From NCBI GenBank assembly GCA_965247685.1, contig OZ252021.1, positions 1,080,001 to 1,112,000 of the forward strand: 32,000 nucleotides of DNA. Reading direction: 5' to 3'. The position numbers and the translations under genes are program-made. The stretch is from Bdellovibrionales bacterium (GTDB taxonomy: Bacteria > Bdellovibrionota > Bdellovibrionia > Bdellovibrionales > UBA1609). Shown in pieces: positions 16,822 through 24,651 of the stretch. A model generated the notes under the pieces. That model did no database searches. It saw only the letters and a list, made by a program, of their open reading frames with translations, and was not told where the DNA came from. The number at the start of each line of letters is the position of its first letter. Position 1 is the stretch's first letter.

Positions 16822-18696
16822 ATGCTTAATATTAAAAAACTCGATTCTTCTGTTGTTGATCAAATTGCAGCAGGGGAAGTCATTGAACGACCTGCTCAGT
16901 TAGTTAAAGAGCTGATTGAAAATTCTTTAGATGCTCAAGCAACTTCTATTGAAGTCCAATTTGCAGATGGAGGGCTTTATGTTTCTGTTAAAGATAATGG
17001 TCATGGAATATCGACTGAAGAGTTGACTCTGGCTCTTTCTCGTCATGCCACGAGTAAAATAACCAATGCAAAAGATTTATTTTCTGTACACACCTACGGT
17101 TTTAGAGGAGAGGCTTTAGCGAGTATTTCCTCTGTGAGTGATCTCACTTTACTCTCTCGATATAAAAATTCTGGTCAAGCTTATCGTGTCAAGAGCCAGT
17201 TTGGAAAAACTCTCAAAGTTGAAGCTGTAGGTGGAACAGTAGGAACGACAATTACTGTGAATGATTTATTTAAAAATGTACCTGCTCGATTGAGATTTTT
17301 AAAGTCTGAAAATGTAGAAGCTCAAGCTATAAAAAATGTCATCACAGCACAGGCTTTATCTCATCCTCAAGTTTCCTTTCGTGTTATTCATAAAAATAAA
17401 TTATTATTTTTCTGGTCTGCATGTTCTTCATATATGAAAAGAGCAGAGATGATTTTATCTGCTCCTCTCCATGACCATACATATAAGAATGATTCGTGGT
17501 CTGTGCGGGTGATACTGTCTCCACCCAATAAAACGGTTTCTTCATCAAAAAAGATTTGGTTTTTTGTAAATGGAAGATCTGTCCAAAATAAAATTTTATA
17601 TGGAGCAATTATGTCTGCTCATCGAAATTTATTAATGCATGGAGAGTATCCTGTTTGTGCTTTGTATCTTTCATGTCCTTATACAGAAGTCGATGCGAAT
17701 GTGCATCCTACAAAAAATCAAGTGAAATTTATTTCAGAATCTCGAGTTTTTCAAACAGTTCAAAAAGGGGTCAGAGAGCTTTTAGAACAAGCTCCTTGGT
17801 TGAAGGATTTAAGTACACCTTTAGAAAGACCTGTGGTTAAAAAATCTGTCTTTCATAAAAAGAAAAGTCAAAGTTCAGCTTTATCCTCTCTTAAAAAACA
17901 AATTTCTTTTTCTCTTTTACAAAGAAAGGCTCATGCTGGGTATCCTTTGGAAGGTGATTCAGATTCAAAGACGATGGACAAAGAGAGTTTTCACCCTAAA
18001 GAAATTGAAATAGAATCTCATTTAAAGTCTCCTATTCAAGAAGATAAAAGTTCTTCTGAGGTTCATCAAGTTTCAAAGACTCAAGATTCTTTTGTCCAGG
18101 AAACTTCTCAAAAAATATTTTCTTCGCTCAAAGTTTTATCTCAAGCTCACCGTACTTATATTATTACTCAGTCCTCAAAATCTATCGTCCTTGTAGATCA
18201 GCACGCAGCTCATGAACGTATTTTATTTGAAAAATTATTAGCTTCTTTAAAAGATGATCAAGTAGACACTCAAAAACATCTGATTCCTTTAAAGATAGAA
18301 CTAGATGATGCGGAATTGGAGGTAGTCCAAAAAATGAAAAAACAATTTGAATCTTTGGGTATTCAAATAAAAATTCAAGATTCTTTTTGTGAGATATGGA
18401 CTTCTCCCTCTTGGATTAAAGAAGAAGCTATTCAAAAAGCTATTCAACAGCTGACTCATGATAATATTCATAGCGGAGCAAGTTTTACTATAGAAAAAGT
18501 AGTCTCTAATATATGTGCTTCCTTAGCCTGCCACTCAGCAATCCGAGCGGGAAAAACTTTAAGCATTTTAGAAATGGAAAATTTATTAGAGCAAATGGAT
18601 CAATTTACATTCTCTAGTTTTTGTCCGCATGGTCGGCCTGTTTTTGTTGAATATTCTTTGAATCGTATAGAAAAAGAATTTGGAAGAATTTGTTGA
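16822..18696 (+). CDS. mutL: DNA mismatch repair protein MutL (endonuclease-type)
   Basis: GHKL ATPase N-terminus (VVDQIAAGEVIERPAQLVKELIENSLDA, GFRGEAL). The C-terminal domain carries the endonuclease motif DQHAAHERILFE and FCPHGRP. AAGGAGG SD at 16811-16817. Confidence 0.96.
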   Translation: MLNIKKLDSSVVDQIAAGEVIERPAQLVKELIENSLDAQATSIEVQFADGGLYVSVKDNGHGISTEELTLALSRHATSKITNAKDLFSVHTYGFRGEALASISSVSDLTLLSRYKNSGQAYRVKSQFGKTLKVEAVGGTVGTTITVNDLFKNVPARLRFLKSENVEAQAIKNVITAQALSHPQVSFRVIHKNKLLFFWSACSSYMKRAEMILSAPLHDHTYKNDSWSVRVILSPPNKTVSSSKKIWFFVNGRSVQNKILYGAIMSAHRNLLMHGEYPVCALYLSCPYTEVDANVHPTKNQVKFISESRVFQTVQKGVRELLEQAPWLKDLSTPLERPVVKKSVFHKKKSQSSALSSLKKQISFSLLQRKAHAGYPLEGDSDSKTMDKESFHPKEIEIESHLKSPIQEDKSSSEVHQVSKTQDSFVQETSQKIFSSLKVLSQAHRTYIITQSSKSIVLVDQHAAHERILFEKLLASLKDDQVDTQKHLIPLKIELDDAELEVVQKMKKQFESLGIQIKIQDSFCEIWTSPSWIKEEAIQKAIQQLTHDNIHSGASFTIEKVVSNICASLACHSAIRAGKTLSILEMENLLEQMDQFTFSSFCPHGRPVFVEYSLNRIEKEFGRIC

Positions 18697-19610
18697 AAAC
18701 CATTATTTTTATCCTAGGTCCTACTTGTACGGGAAAAACTGACTTAGGTTTTTTTTTGGCAGAGAAGCTTCGGTCTCCTGTTATTAATGCAGACAGCTTG
18801 CAATGTTATAAGGGTATGAATATCGGTGCTGCTAAACCCGATTGGAAAAAGTATTCTCATTTACCTTGTTATCTTTTTGATCATATTACTCCTCCTCAAA
18901 TATACACGGCAGGACAATTTCAAAAGGAAGCTCAAGATATTTTAAACCAATATATTAGTCAAAAAAATTGTTTGGTAGTTGGGGGTAGTGGTTTTTATCT
19001 GCAAGCCTTGGAGAAGGGATGCTACCCTATTCCACCAATGGATGAAAAATCAAAAAAAGAATTTGCAGAAAAAGAAAAGATCTCTGGACTAAATTCTTTA
19101 TATGAAGAATTAGAAAAGTTAGATCAAAATTACGCTCAAAGTATTCATCGTAATGATAAATATCGTATTTTTCGAGCACTACAAGTCATTCAATCTACAG
19201 GTTTAAAGATGTCAAAAGTGAAGGAGTCTTTTAAGGAGCGAGATTTAAGCTACCCTGTTTTAAAAATTGGATTAACAGGAGCTACTTCGGTTTTAAAAGA
19301 AAGAGTTATTCAAAGAATTCACGAAATGTTGGATGCAGGTTTAGTGGAGGAGGTTCAACAATTTATTCAACAAGGTTTGGAAGAATTTCCCCCTTTGCAA
19401 AGTGTAGGGTATAAAGAAGTTTTAGATTATTTAAAAGGGGAATTGCCTTTTGAGCATTTACATGAGCATATTGTCAAACGTACAATGCAACTGATTAAAA
19501 AACAGAAAAAATGGTTTCAAAGAGATCCTTCCATTTGTTGGTATGATTATAAAACAGATTATGAGAAAATCTACAATTCTTATGCCAAAAATTGGGCTTC
19601 AGCTGAGTAA
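18690..19610 (+). CDS. miaA: tRNA dimethylallyltransferase MiaA
   Basis: P-loop GPTCTGKT, INADSLQCYKGMNIGAAKP, GGSGFYLQAL. Conserved mutL-miaA adjacency. TTG start overlaps the mutL stop; the exact start codon (18690 or 18693) is uncertain. Confidence 0.93.
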   Translation: MLKTIIFILGPTCTGKTDLGFFLAEKLRSPVINADSLQCYKGMNIGAAKPDWKKYSHLPCYLFDHITPPQIYTAGQFQKEAQDILNQYISQKNCLVVGGSGFYLQALEKGCYPIPPMDEKSKKEFAEKEKISGLNSLYEELEKLDQNYAQSIHRNDKYRIFRALQVIQSTGLKMSKVKESFKERDLSYPVLKIGLTGATSVLKERVIQRIHEMLDAGLVEEVQQFIQQGLEEFPPLQSVGYKEVLDYLKGELPFEHLHEHIVKRTMQLIKKQKKWFQRDPSICWYDYKTDYEKIYNSYAKNWASAE

Positions 19611-19688
19611 AAACTTACCCTTCTCAAAGAGGAGTTTACTAGTTGGCAAAGTTTTTATGAACACTTTGTTGGATTCAGATATTAGGTG

Positions 19689-20372
19689 TTATAAATCTTT
19701 CCAAGAAATAGATTTGTTTGAAAAAATTAAACTTCCATCGGAATCTACAGATTTGAGATTTTTATAGAGAATATGTCTTTTTAACTTTTGAAGTATTTGC
19801 TCCCTTTCATTAATAGTGAGTTTTGTTGAATTTTGATCTTTTAAGGTATTGAGATTATGATCGACTATGTTGAGAAACTGCTGCCATGATGATTCTTGAA
19901 CAGGAAAGTGTTCAAAAATGCTTGTGGATATCTTCAAAGGATTGTCGAAAACATTAATACCTACTCCTAGAATCAACTGGTATTCCTGATTTCTCACTAT
20001 AGTTTCTAAGAGTAATCCAGATACTTTTTTGTCTTTATAGTATATGTCATTTGGAGCTTTGAGTGCCCAATGTGGAGACGGCCAAGTAGAGTTAAAGGCA
20101 TTATGAAAAAGAAGTCCAATGCGTGGAGAAATAACAGCTGAAACAGGTGTTTTTTGATTCCATGTCCATGTCGCCATAAAATCACTAGGAATCCACTGAT
20201 TGGAATGCCTTCCATAAGGTAGAGTTTGTTGATTTGCAAAAATTAAAAGAATTTGATTTTCAAATAAAGGTATGGTTTGAGCTATTTTATTGGAGCTTTG
20301 AAGCGACTGAAAAATTTGATAAGGTTTATGGTTTTGATTTGCCCAGTTCTTTGTCCATTGAATAACCTTCAT
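19689..20372 (-). CDS. Biotin--protein ligase family protein (class I, no N-terminal HTH), divergent
   Basis: 227 aa. KAPNDIYYKDKKVSGLLLE matches the KWPNDxxxxxKKxxGILxE active-site lysine region. The expected GRGRxGRxW biotin/ATP loop is reduced to GRHSNQW. GVGINV follows as in BirA. Confidence 0.65.
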   Translation of the reverse strand: MKVIQWTKNWANQNHKPYQIFQSLQSSNKIAQTIPLFENQILLIFANQQTLPYGRHSNQWIPSDFMATWTWNQKTPVSAVISPRIGLLFHNAFNSTWPSPHWALKAPNDIYYKDKKVSGLLLETIVRNQEYQLILGVGINVFDNPLKISTSIFEHFPVQESSWQQFLNIVDHNLNTLKDQNSTKLTINEREQILQKLKRHILYKNLKSVDSDGSLIFSNKSISWKDL

Positions 20373-20386
20373 CTGCGTATAAGAGG

Positions 20387-22084
20387 TTAGGAAGAAGTTG
20401 TGATTTTAGATGATTCTCGAATGAGTTTTCGAATTTCTTTTTGAACGATTTGCTTAGAAACTTCTGGAATAATATCCAAAGATATTTCTTTTATGGATTC
20501 CACACCTTTTTGAGTTAATATTTCTTTAAGTTGTTCTTTAAAAACTTTTGAAACTGCATGATCAATCATTTGATTCAGTTCTTTTTTTACTTGATTTTCA
20601 AGGAGTTCATTCCATTTGATTTTTAATTTTTGATCGATAATATTTGACAATTCTTGAGTATCTGGAGGGCTAGGAGGTTTCGAGGTTTCTTTGATTACTT
20701 TGTGGAGTTCTTTTTTTACTTGATTTTCAAGGAGTTCATCAAATTTTATTTTTAATTTTTGATCGATAATATTTGACAATTCTTGAGTATCTGGAGGGCT
20801 AGGAGGTTTCGAGGTTTCTTTGATTACTTTGTGGAATTCTTTTTTTACTTGATTTTCAAGGAGTTCATCAAATTTTATTTTTAATTTTTGATCGATAATA
20901 TTTGACAATTCTTGAGTATCTGGAGGGCTGGGAGGTTCCGAGGTTTCTTTGATTACTTTGTGGAGTTCTTTTTTTACTTGATTTTCAAGGAGTTCATCCC
21001 ATTTTATTTTTAATTTTTGATCGATAATATCTGACAATTCTTGAGTGTTGGGGTGAGCGGGCTTAGAAGAAAGAGCTTCAGCTTGTGAAATCACAACAGA
21101 ATCTTTGCTTTTTGGAGAAAGTGTTGATGGTGTGTTGGTGGAAGGAGGAGGTGTAACAATCACATAAGTTTTACTAGATTCCTCAGAGGTTTCATTTGTT
21201 TTATGAATGATTTTGGAGTGTGAAGCAGCAGTTTCTGATGTAGACTTCGTATTATTTGGAGTAGAATTTTCAATAGTTGCTCCTACGATAATATTAATAG
21301 TTTCTTTTTTATTGTTACTATTTTTGGAATTTTGTAATGAAGGTGAATTCTTTATTTCATCCATAGCATCAGCATTCATGAGCGGTATAGAGTGGGAGTT
21401 TTCTTTTTCGTCTTGATTTATTTTCTGAGGTGATATGTTTCTCGGTGGAATAATCTCTTCTTCAGAACCTGTATGATCCAATGGTATATCCTTTTCTTCA
21501 ACAGGAGATTCTTTTTTTTGAGGATTGGACGTTTCCTTAAATAAATCTGTCGTTTTTTTCAATTGAGTGATGTTTTTGTCATCTGTGAGGAGAGTGTGTA
21601 AATCATCATCTAAAGCTCCGGAGATGGGCAAAGGTTCTTTGACTTCCAGATGGTCTATTGGGATCTCTTGAGATTGTTCTAAAGAAGAGTCTTTTGTAGG
21701 TTTCATAAATTTTAAATAAGAGGTTAGTTTTAAGTCTTTAGTGTGAGGGAGCAATTGATTTACAATTTTTTGCAGCACTTGAGGTTCAACAGGTTTTTTT
21801 AAGAGACCTTTGCAACGATTTTGGATAGCTTTATCTAATGAAGATACAGGTTCGCTGTGAATAAGTACAACAGGGGCGAGAGATTGAATTTTTTTTAAAA
21901 CGGAAAGGGACTCTTTCTGATGTGAAACATCATAGTTTAGAAAAATTAAATCTAGAGAAGAGGTTTTGGAAGGAGGAGGTTCGAGTTCGAGTGTGCAAGT
22001 TTGAATATTTGGAGAATAATGAGATAGAAAATACTGAAGCATTCTTTGTGTGTAAGAGCTAGAATGGATAATTAAAATATTCAT
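20387..22084 (-). CDS. Receiver-like (pseudo-receiver) domain protein with a low-complexity linker and four 43-aa helical tandem repeats
   Basis: The N-terminal ~115 aa follows the CheY-fold pattern (ILIIHSS / DLIFLNYD / VVLIHSE / LLKKPV), but the acidic pocket, phospho-Asp and Thr positions are H/S, N and H. Only the conserved Lys-Pro remains. The middle is S/T/P/N/K-rich. The C-terminus has 4 repeats of PPSPPDTQELSNIIDQKLKIK(F/W)DELLENQVKKELHKVIKETSK, then a related helical tail. Confidence 0.75.
   Translation of the reverse strand: MNILIIHSSSYTQRMLQYFLSHYSPNIQTCTLELEPPPSKTSSLDLIFLNYDVSHQKESLSVLKKIQSLAPVVLIHSEPVSSLDKAIQNRCKGLLKKPVEPQVLQKIVNQLLPHTKDLKLTSYLKFMKPTKDSSLEQSQEIPIDHLEVKEPLPISGALDDDLHTLLTDDKNITQLKKTTDLFKETSNPQKKESPVEEKDIPLDHTGSEEEIIPPRNISPQKINQDEKENSHSIPLMNADAMDEIKNSPSLQNSKNSNNKKETINIIVGATIENSTPNNTKSTSETAASHSKIIHKTNETSEESSKTYVIVTPPPSTNTPSTLSPKSKDSVVISQAEALSSKPAHPNTQELSDIIDQKLKIKWDELLENQVKKELHKVIKETSEPPSPPDTQELSNIIDQKLKIKFDELLENQVKKEFHKVIKETSKPPSPPDTQELSNIIDQKLKIKFDELLENQVKKELHKVIKETSKPPSPPDTQELSNIIDQKLKIKWNELLENQVKKELNQMIDHAVSKVFKEQLKEILTQKGVESIKEISLDIIPEVSKQIVQKEIRKLIRESSKITTSS
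20579..21046 (-). repeat. About 3.6 tandem copies of a 129-bp coding repeat
   Basis: The landmark TTCTTTTTTTAC recurs with its C at 20581, 20710, 20839 and 20968, exactly 129 bp apart. Copies are nearly identical at DNA level, and most of the differences fall in a ~10-nt patch (TCCATTTGAT / CAAATTTTAT / CAAATTTTAT / CCCATTTTAT). Confidence 0.95.
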
Positions 22085-22167
22085 ATTCGGATTATAATTA
22101 CAGTGAAAAGGAAAATCTACCTCTAAATAAGTGGACTTTTTATGTTTTTTATATTATTTTTTCAAAA

Positions 22168-22725
22168 ATGAAAAATAAGCTTGAGATATTAAAATTTCCC
22201 GATCCTCGTTTGAGAAAAGAAGCCAAAACTGTTCAAAAAGTGACACCTGAGTTGATTCAGTTAACTAAGGATATGTTGGAAGTGATGTATGAGCAACGTG
22301 GAGTGGGGCTTTCTTCCACTCAAGTGAATCGCGTTGAAAGAGTTTTTGTTGCAGATACTCGAGTAGAAGGCCGATATGAGAGCCCTCTCGTTAATGAACT
22401 TGAAAAAAAATACCAGCAACCACTCGTTTTCTTTAATCCTGAAATCCTTTCTTTAGAGGGTGAGGTGATTTTTTCAGAAGGTTGTCTGAGCTTTCCCTCT
22501 TACTACGCAGATGTCAAACGAGCTCAAATTGTAGAGGTTAAAGCTTTGGATCAAACAGGTCAGCCCTTTACTCTTAAAACAGATGGGCTATTATCTATTT
22601 GCATTCAACATGAAATTGATCATCTGAACGGCAAACTTTTTATTGATCATTTAAGTCCTGTTAAAGCGCAGCAATTGAGAGATAAAATTAAAAAACACGG
22701 TTACCCTGTAGAACAAAAGATATAA
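22168..22725 (+). CDS. def: Peptide deformylase
   Basis: All three PDF motifs are present: GVGLSSTQV, EGCLSFP, HEIDHLNG. Confidence 0.96.
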   Translation: MKNKLEILKFPDPRLRKEAKTVQKVTPELIQLTKDMLEVMYEQRGVGLSSTQVNRVERVFVADTRVEGRYESPLVNELEKKYQQPLVFFNPEILSLEGEVIFSEGCLSFPSYYADVKRAQIVEVKALDQTGQPFTLKTDGLLSICIQHEIDHLNGKLFIDHLSPVKAQQLRDKIKKHGYPVEQKI

Positions 22726-22730
22726 ATATT

Positions 22731-23663
22731 GTGAATATTTTATTTCTTGGAACATCTTCGTTTTCTGAAAAATGCTTAGAGTATTTAGTTCATGATTCGA
22801 ATTTTAAAATTCAAGCCGTGATGACGCGACCAACAATAAAAGCTCATCGTGGTATGAAGTTACAAAGTTCACCTGTGGATTTATGTGCGCAAAAATATAA
22901 TTTGAATATCTACACTCCTTCTTCTTTTAGGAATCAAAGTGAAATAGAATTTGTAAAAAAATTAAATATAGATGTTGTGATTATTGTGGCTTATGGGGTG
23001 ATTTTACCTGCTTATTTTTTAGAATGGTTTCCTCATCGTGTGGTGAACCTTCATACAAGCTTGCTTCCTAGGTGGAGAGGAGCTTCTCCCGTGACCTCTA
23101 GTTTGCTGGCAGGAGATAAAAAAACAGGAGTTACTCTGCAAAAAGTCGCAGTAAAGATGGATGCAGGAGATATTATTCATCAGTTGAAATTAGAGGTTTC
23201 TCCTCATATTAATTCAAAAGAGCTGCTTCAGCGAATGGAACCCTTAAGTTTTCGTTTACTTTCTGAATTTTTACCTCAGTACTTGAATGGAAAAATCACA
23301 CCTAAGATTCAAGATGAGTCTCAGGCGACTTATTCCAAAAAAATTCAAAAATCACATTTAAAAATCAATTGGAGTGAGTCTGCAAATCATATTCATAATC
23401 AAGTTCGGGCCTTTGTGCAGCAAAAAGGAGCCTATACTTTCTATAAAGGTTTAAGATTGAAAATACTCCGATCTTTATGGGATGAAGAAAGTATTTCCAC
23501 TCCAGGGCAAATTGTTACTTATCAAGACAACAAAGGATTAAAGGTGGCTTGTGGAAAGGGAAGTCTTTGGATTCAAAAAGTTCAACTAGAAGGGAAGAAA
23601 GCTCAAGATATTGCAACTTTTCTGAGAGGTTTTGAAATAAAAATAGGTTCTTCTTTTTTATAA
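22731..23663 (+). CDS. fmt: Methionyl-tRNA formyltransferase
   Basis: 310 aa, GTG start. NLHTSLLPRWRGASP formyltransferase motif. Conserved def-fmt pairing. Confidence 0.95.
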   Translation: MNILFLGTSSFSEKCLEYLVHDSNFKIQAVMTRPTIKAHRGMKLQSSPVDLCAQKYNLNIYTPSSFRNQSEIEFVKKLNIDVVIIVAYGVILPAYFLEWFPHRVVNLHTSLLPRWRGASPVTSSLLAGDKKTGVTLQKVAVKMDAGDIIHQLKLEVSPHINSKELLQRMEPLSFRLLSEFLPQYLNGKITPKIQDESQATYSKKIQKSHLKINWSESANHIHNQVRAFVQQKGAYTFYKGLRLKILRSLWDEESISTPGQIVTYQDNKGLKVACGKGSLWIQKVQLEGKKAQDIATFLRGFEIKIGSSFL

Positions 23664-23712
23664 GTTTTTTATTGGAAGTTTTATGTTATGTCCTTTTTAA
23701 GGAAAAGGAGTT

Positions 23713-24399
23713 ATGATGTCTCAAATAAAAAATGGCTCTTCTGTAATCGTGGCACCCTCTATTTTGTCTGCGAATCTAAACAATATCGAAAAGGAAGTTC
23801 AAAAGGTTCAAGAAGCTGGGGCAGATTGGATTCATGTCGATGTAATGGATGGTCATTTTGTTCCAAACCTCACTTTTGGCATTCCTATAGTAAAGCATCT
23901 TAAACAGGTGACCTCTCTTCCTTTAGATGTTCATCTCATGATTCAAAATCCTGAGAAACATATTGAAGGTTTTATCCGGGCAGGAGCTTCATCCATCACT
24001 GTTCATGAGGAAGTTATTCATGATCAATCTATTTTAAAAAAAATTAAAAAAAGCAATGTTTATAGTGGGTTAGCAATAAAACCTAAAACTTCAGTTAAAA
24101 ATGTATTCCCTTATTTAGAGGACTTAGATTATGTGATGATTATGACTGTGGAGCCCGGATTGAGCGGTCAAAAATTAATAAAAGATGCAGCTGCAAAGGT
24201 GCAACAATTACGCCAAGAGCTGGATCAAAGGGGTTGTGACATTCCTATTCAGGTAGATGGAGGCGTGAGCGATGAAACTCTTTCTTATCTTGTGGGGGCT
24301 CAAATTTTTGTATCAGGACATTACATATTTAAAAGTTCTGATTACAATTCTGCTATTTCTCAGTTAAAATCAAATGCTCAAAGGCAGGTGAGAGGATGA
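23713..24399 (+). CDS. rpe: Ribulose-phosphate 3-epimerase
   Basis: VAPSILSANL, HVDVMDGHFVPNLTFG, DVHLM, MTVEPG, VDGGV motifs. GGAAAAGGAG SD upstream of ATG 23713. Confidence 0.95.
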   Translation: MMSQIKNGSSVIVAPSILSANLNNIEKEVQKVQEAGADWIHVDVMDGHFVPNLTFGIPIVKHLKQVTSLPLDVHLMIQNPEKHIEGFIRAGASSITVHEEVIHDQSILKKIKKSNVYSGLAIKPKTSVKNVFPYLEDLDYVMIMTVEPGLSGQKLIKDAAAKVQQLRQELDQRGCDIPIQVDGGVSDETLSYLVGAQIFVSGHYIFKSSDYNSAISQLKSNAQRQVRG

Positions 24400-24626
24400 G
24401 TTCGCTCCAAGACTGGACTGTCTATTTTCTAAAAAAATGGGGCTTCTTTTTTTGTAAAAAAAAGGGGCAGATTGCTGTGGAATATGTGTTGCTTTTGTTG
24501 ATAGCTGTTTCTATATGTTTGCTCTTTTTAGAATTTTTTGAAGTGGGAGATACTGACGCAGAAGGCTCTAATCTCATTCAGCTTTATAGAAGTTTAGTTC
24601 AATTTATAGCTAGAGATTTGAATTAA
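24396..24626 (+). CDS. Small Flp/Fap-type prepilin-like protein (class III signal peptide)
   Basis: 76 aa. Basic leader ending KKKG, then [16 protein letters not shown]. This matches the Flp processing motif G/xxA(I/V)EYxL(I/L), with Glu at +5 and Tyr at +6, followed by a hydrophobic helix. The predicted mature peptide is about 52 aa. AGGTGAGAGG SD and an ATGA start/stop overlap with rpe. Confidence 0.5.
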   Translation: MSSLQDWTVYFLKKWGFFFCKKKGQIAVEYVLLLLIAVSICLLFLEFFEVGDTDAEGSNLIQLYRSLVQFIARDLN

Positions 24627-24651
24627 ATTGGGAAGGAATAAAGCTGAACAA

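Noticed and set aside
19543-19767. 74-aa ORF bridging the miaA 3' end and the biotin-ligase-like gene 3' end.
   Set aside because: It overlaps two better-supported convergent genes, and has no SD and no motif. It is most likely a chance ORF in the convergent junction.
20579-21046. The regular 129-bp repeats considered as a CRISPR-like or satellite array.
   Set aside because: The repeats are contiguous with no unique spacers, are in frame within a long ORF, and encode a coherent 43-aa helical unit. There are no cas genes. This is a coding tandem repeat.
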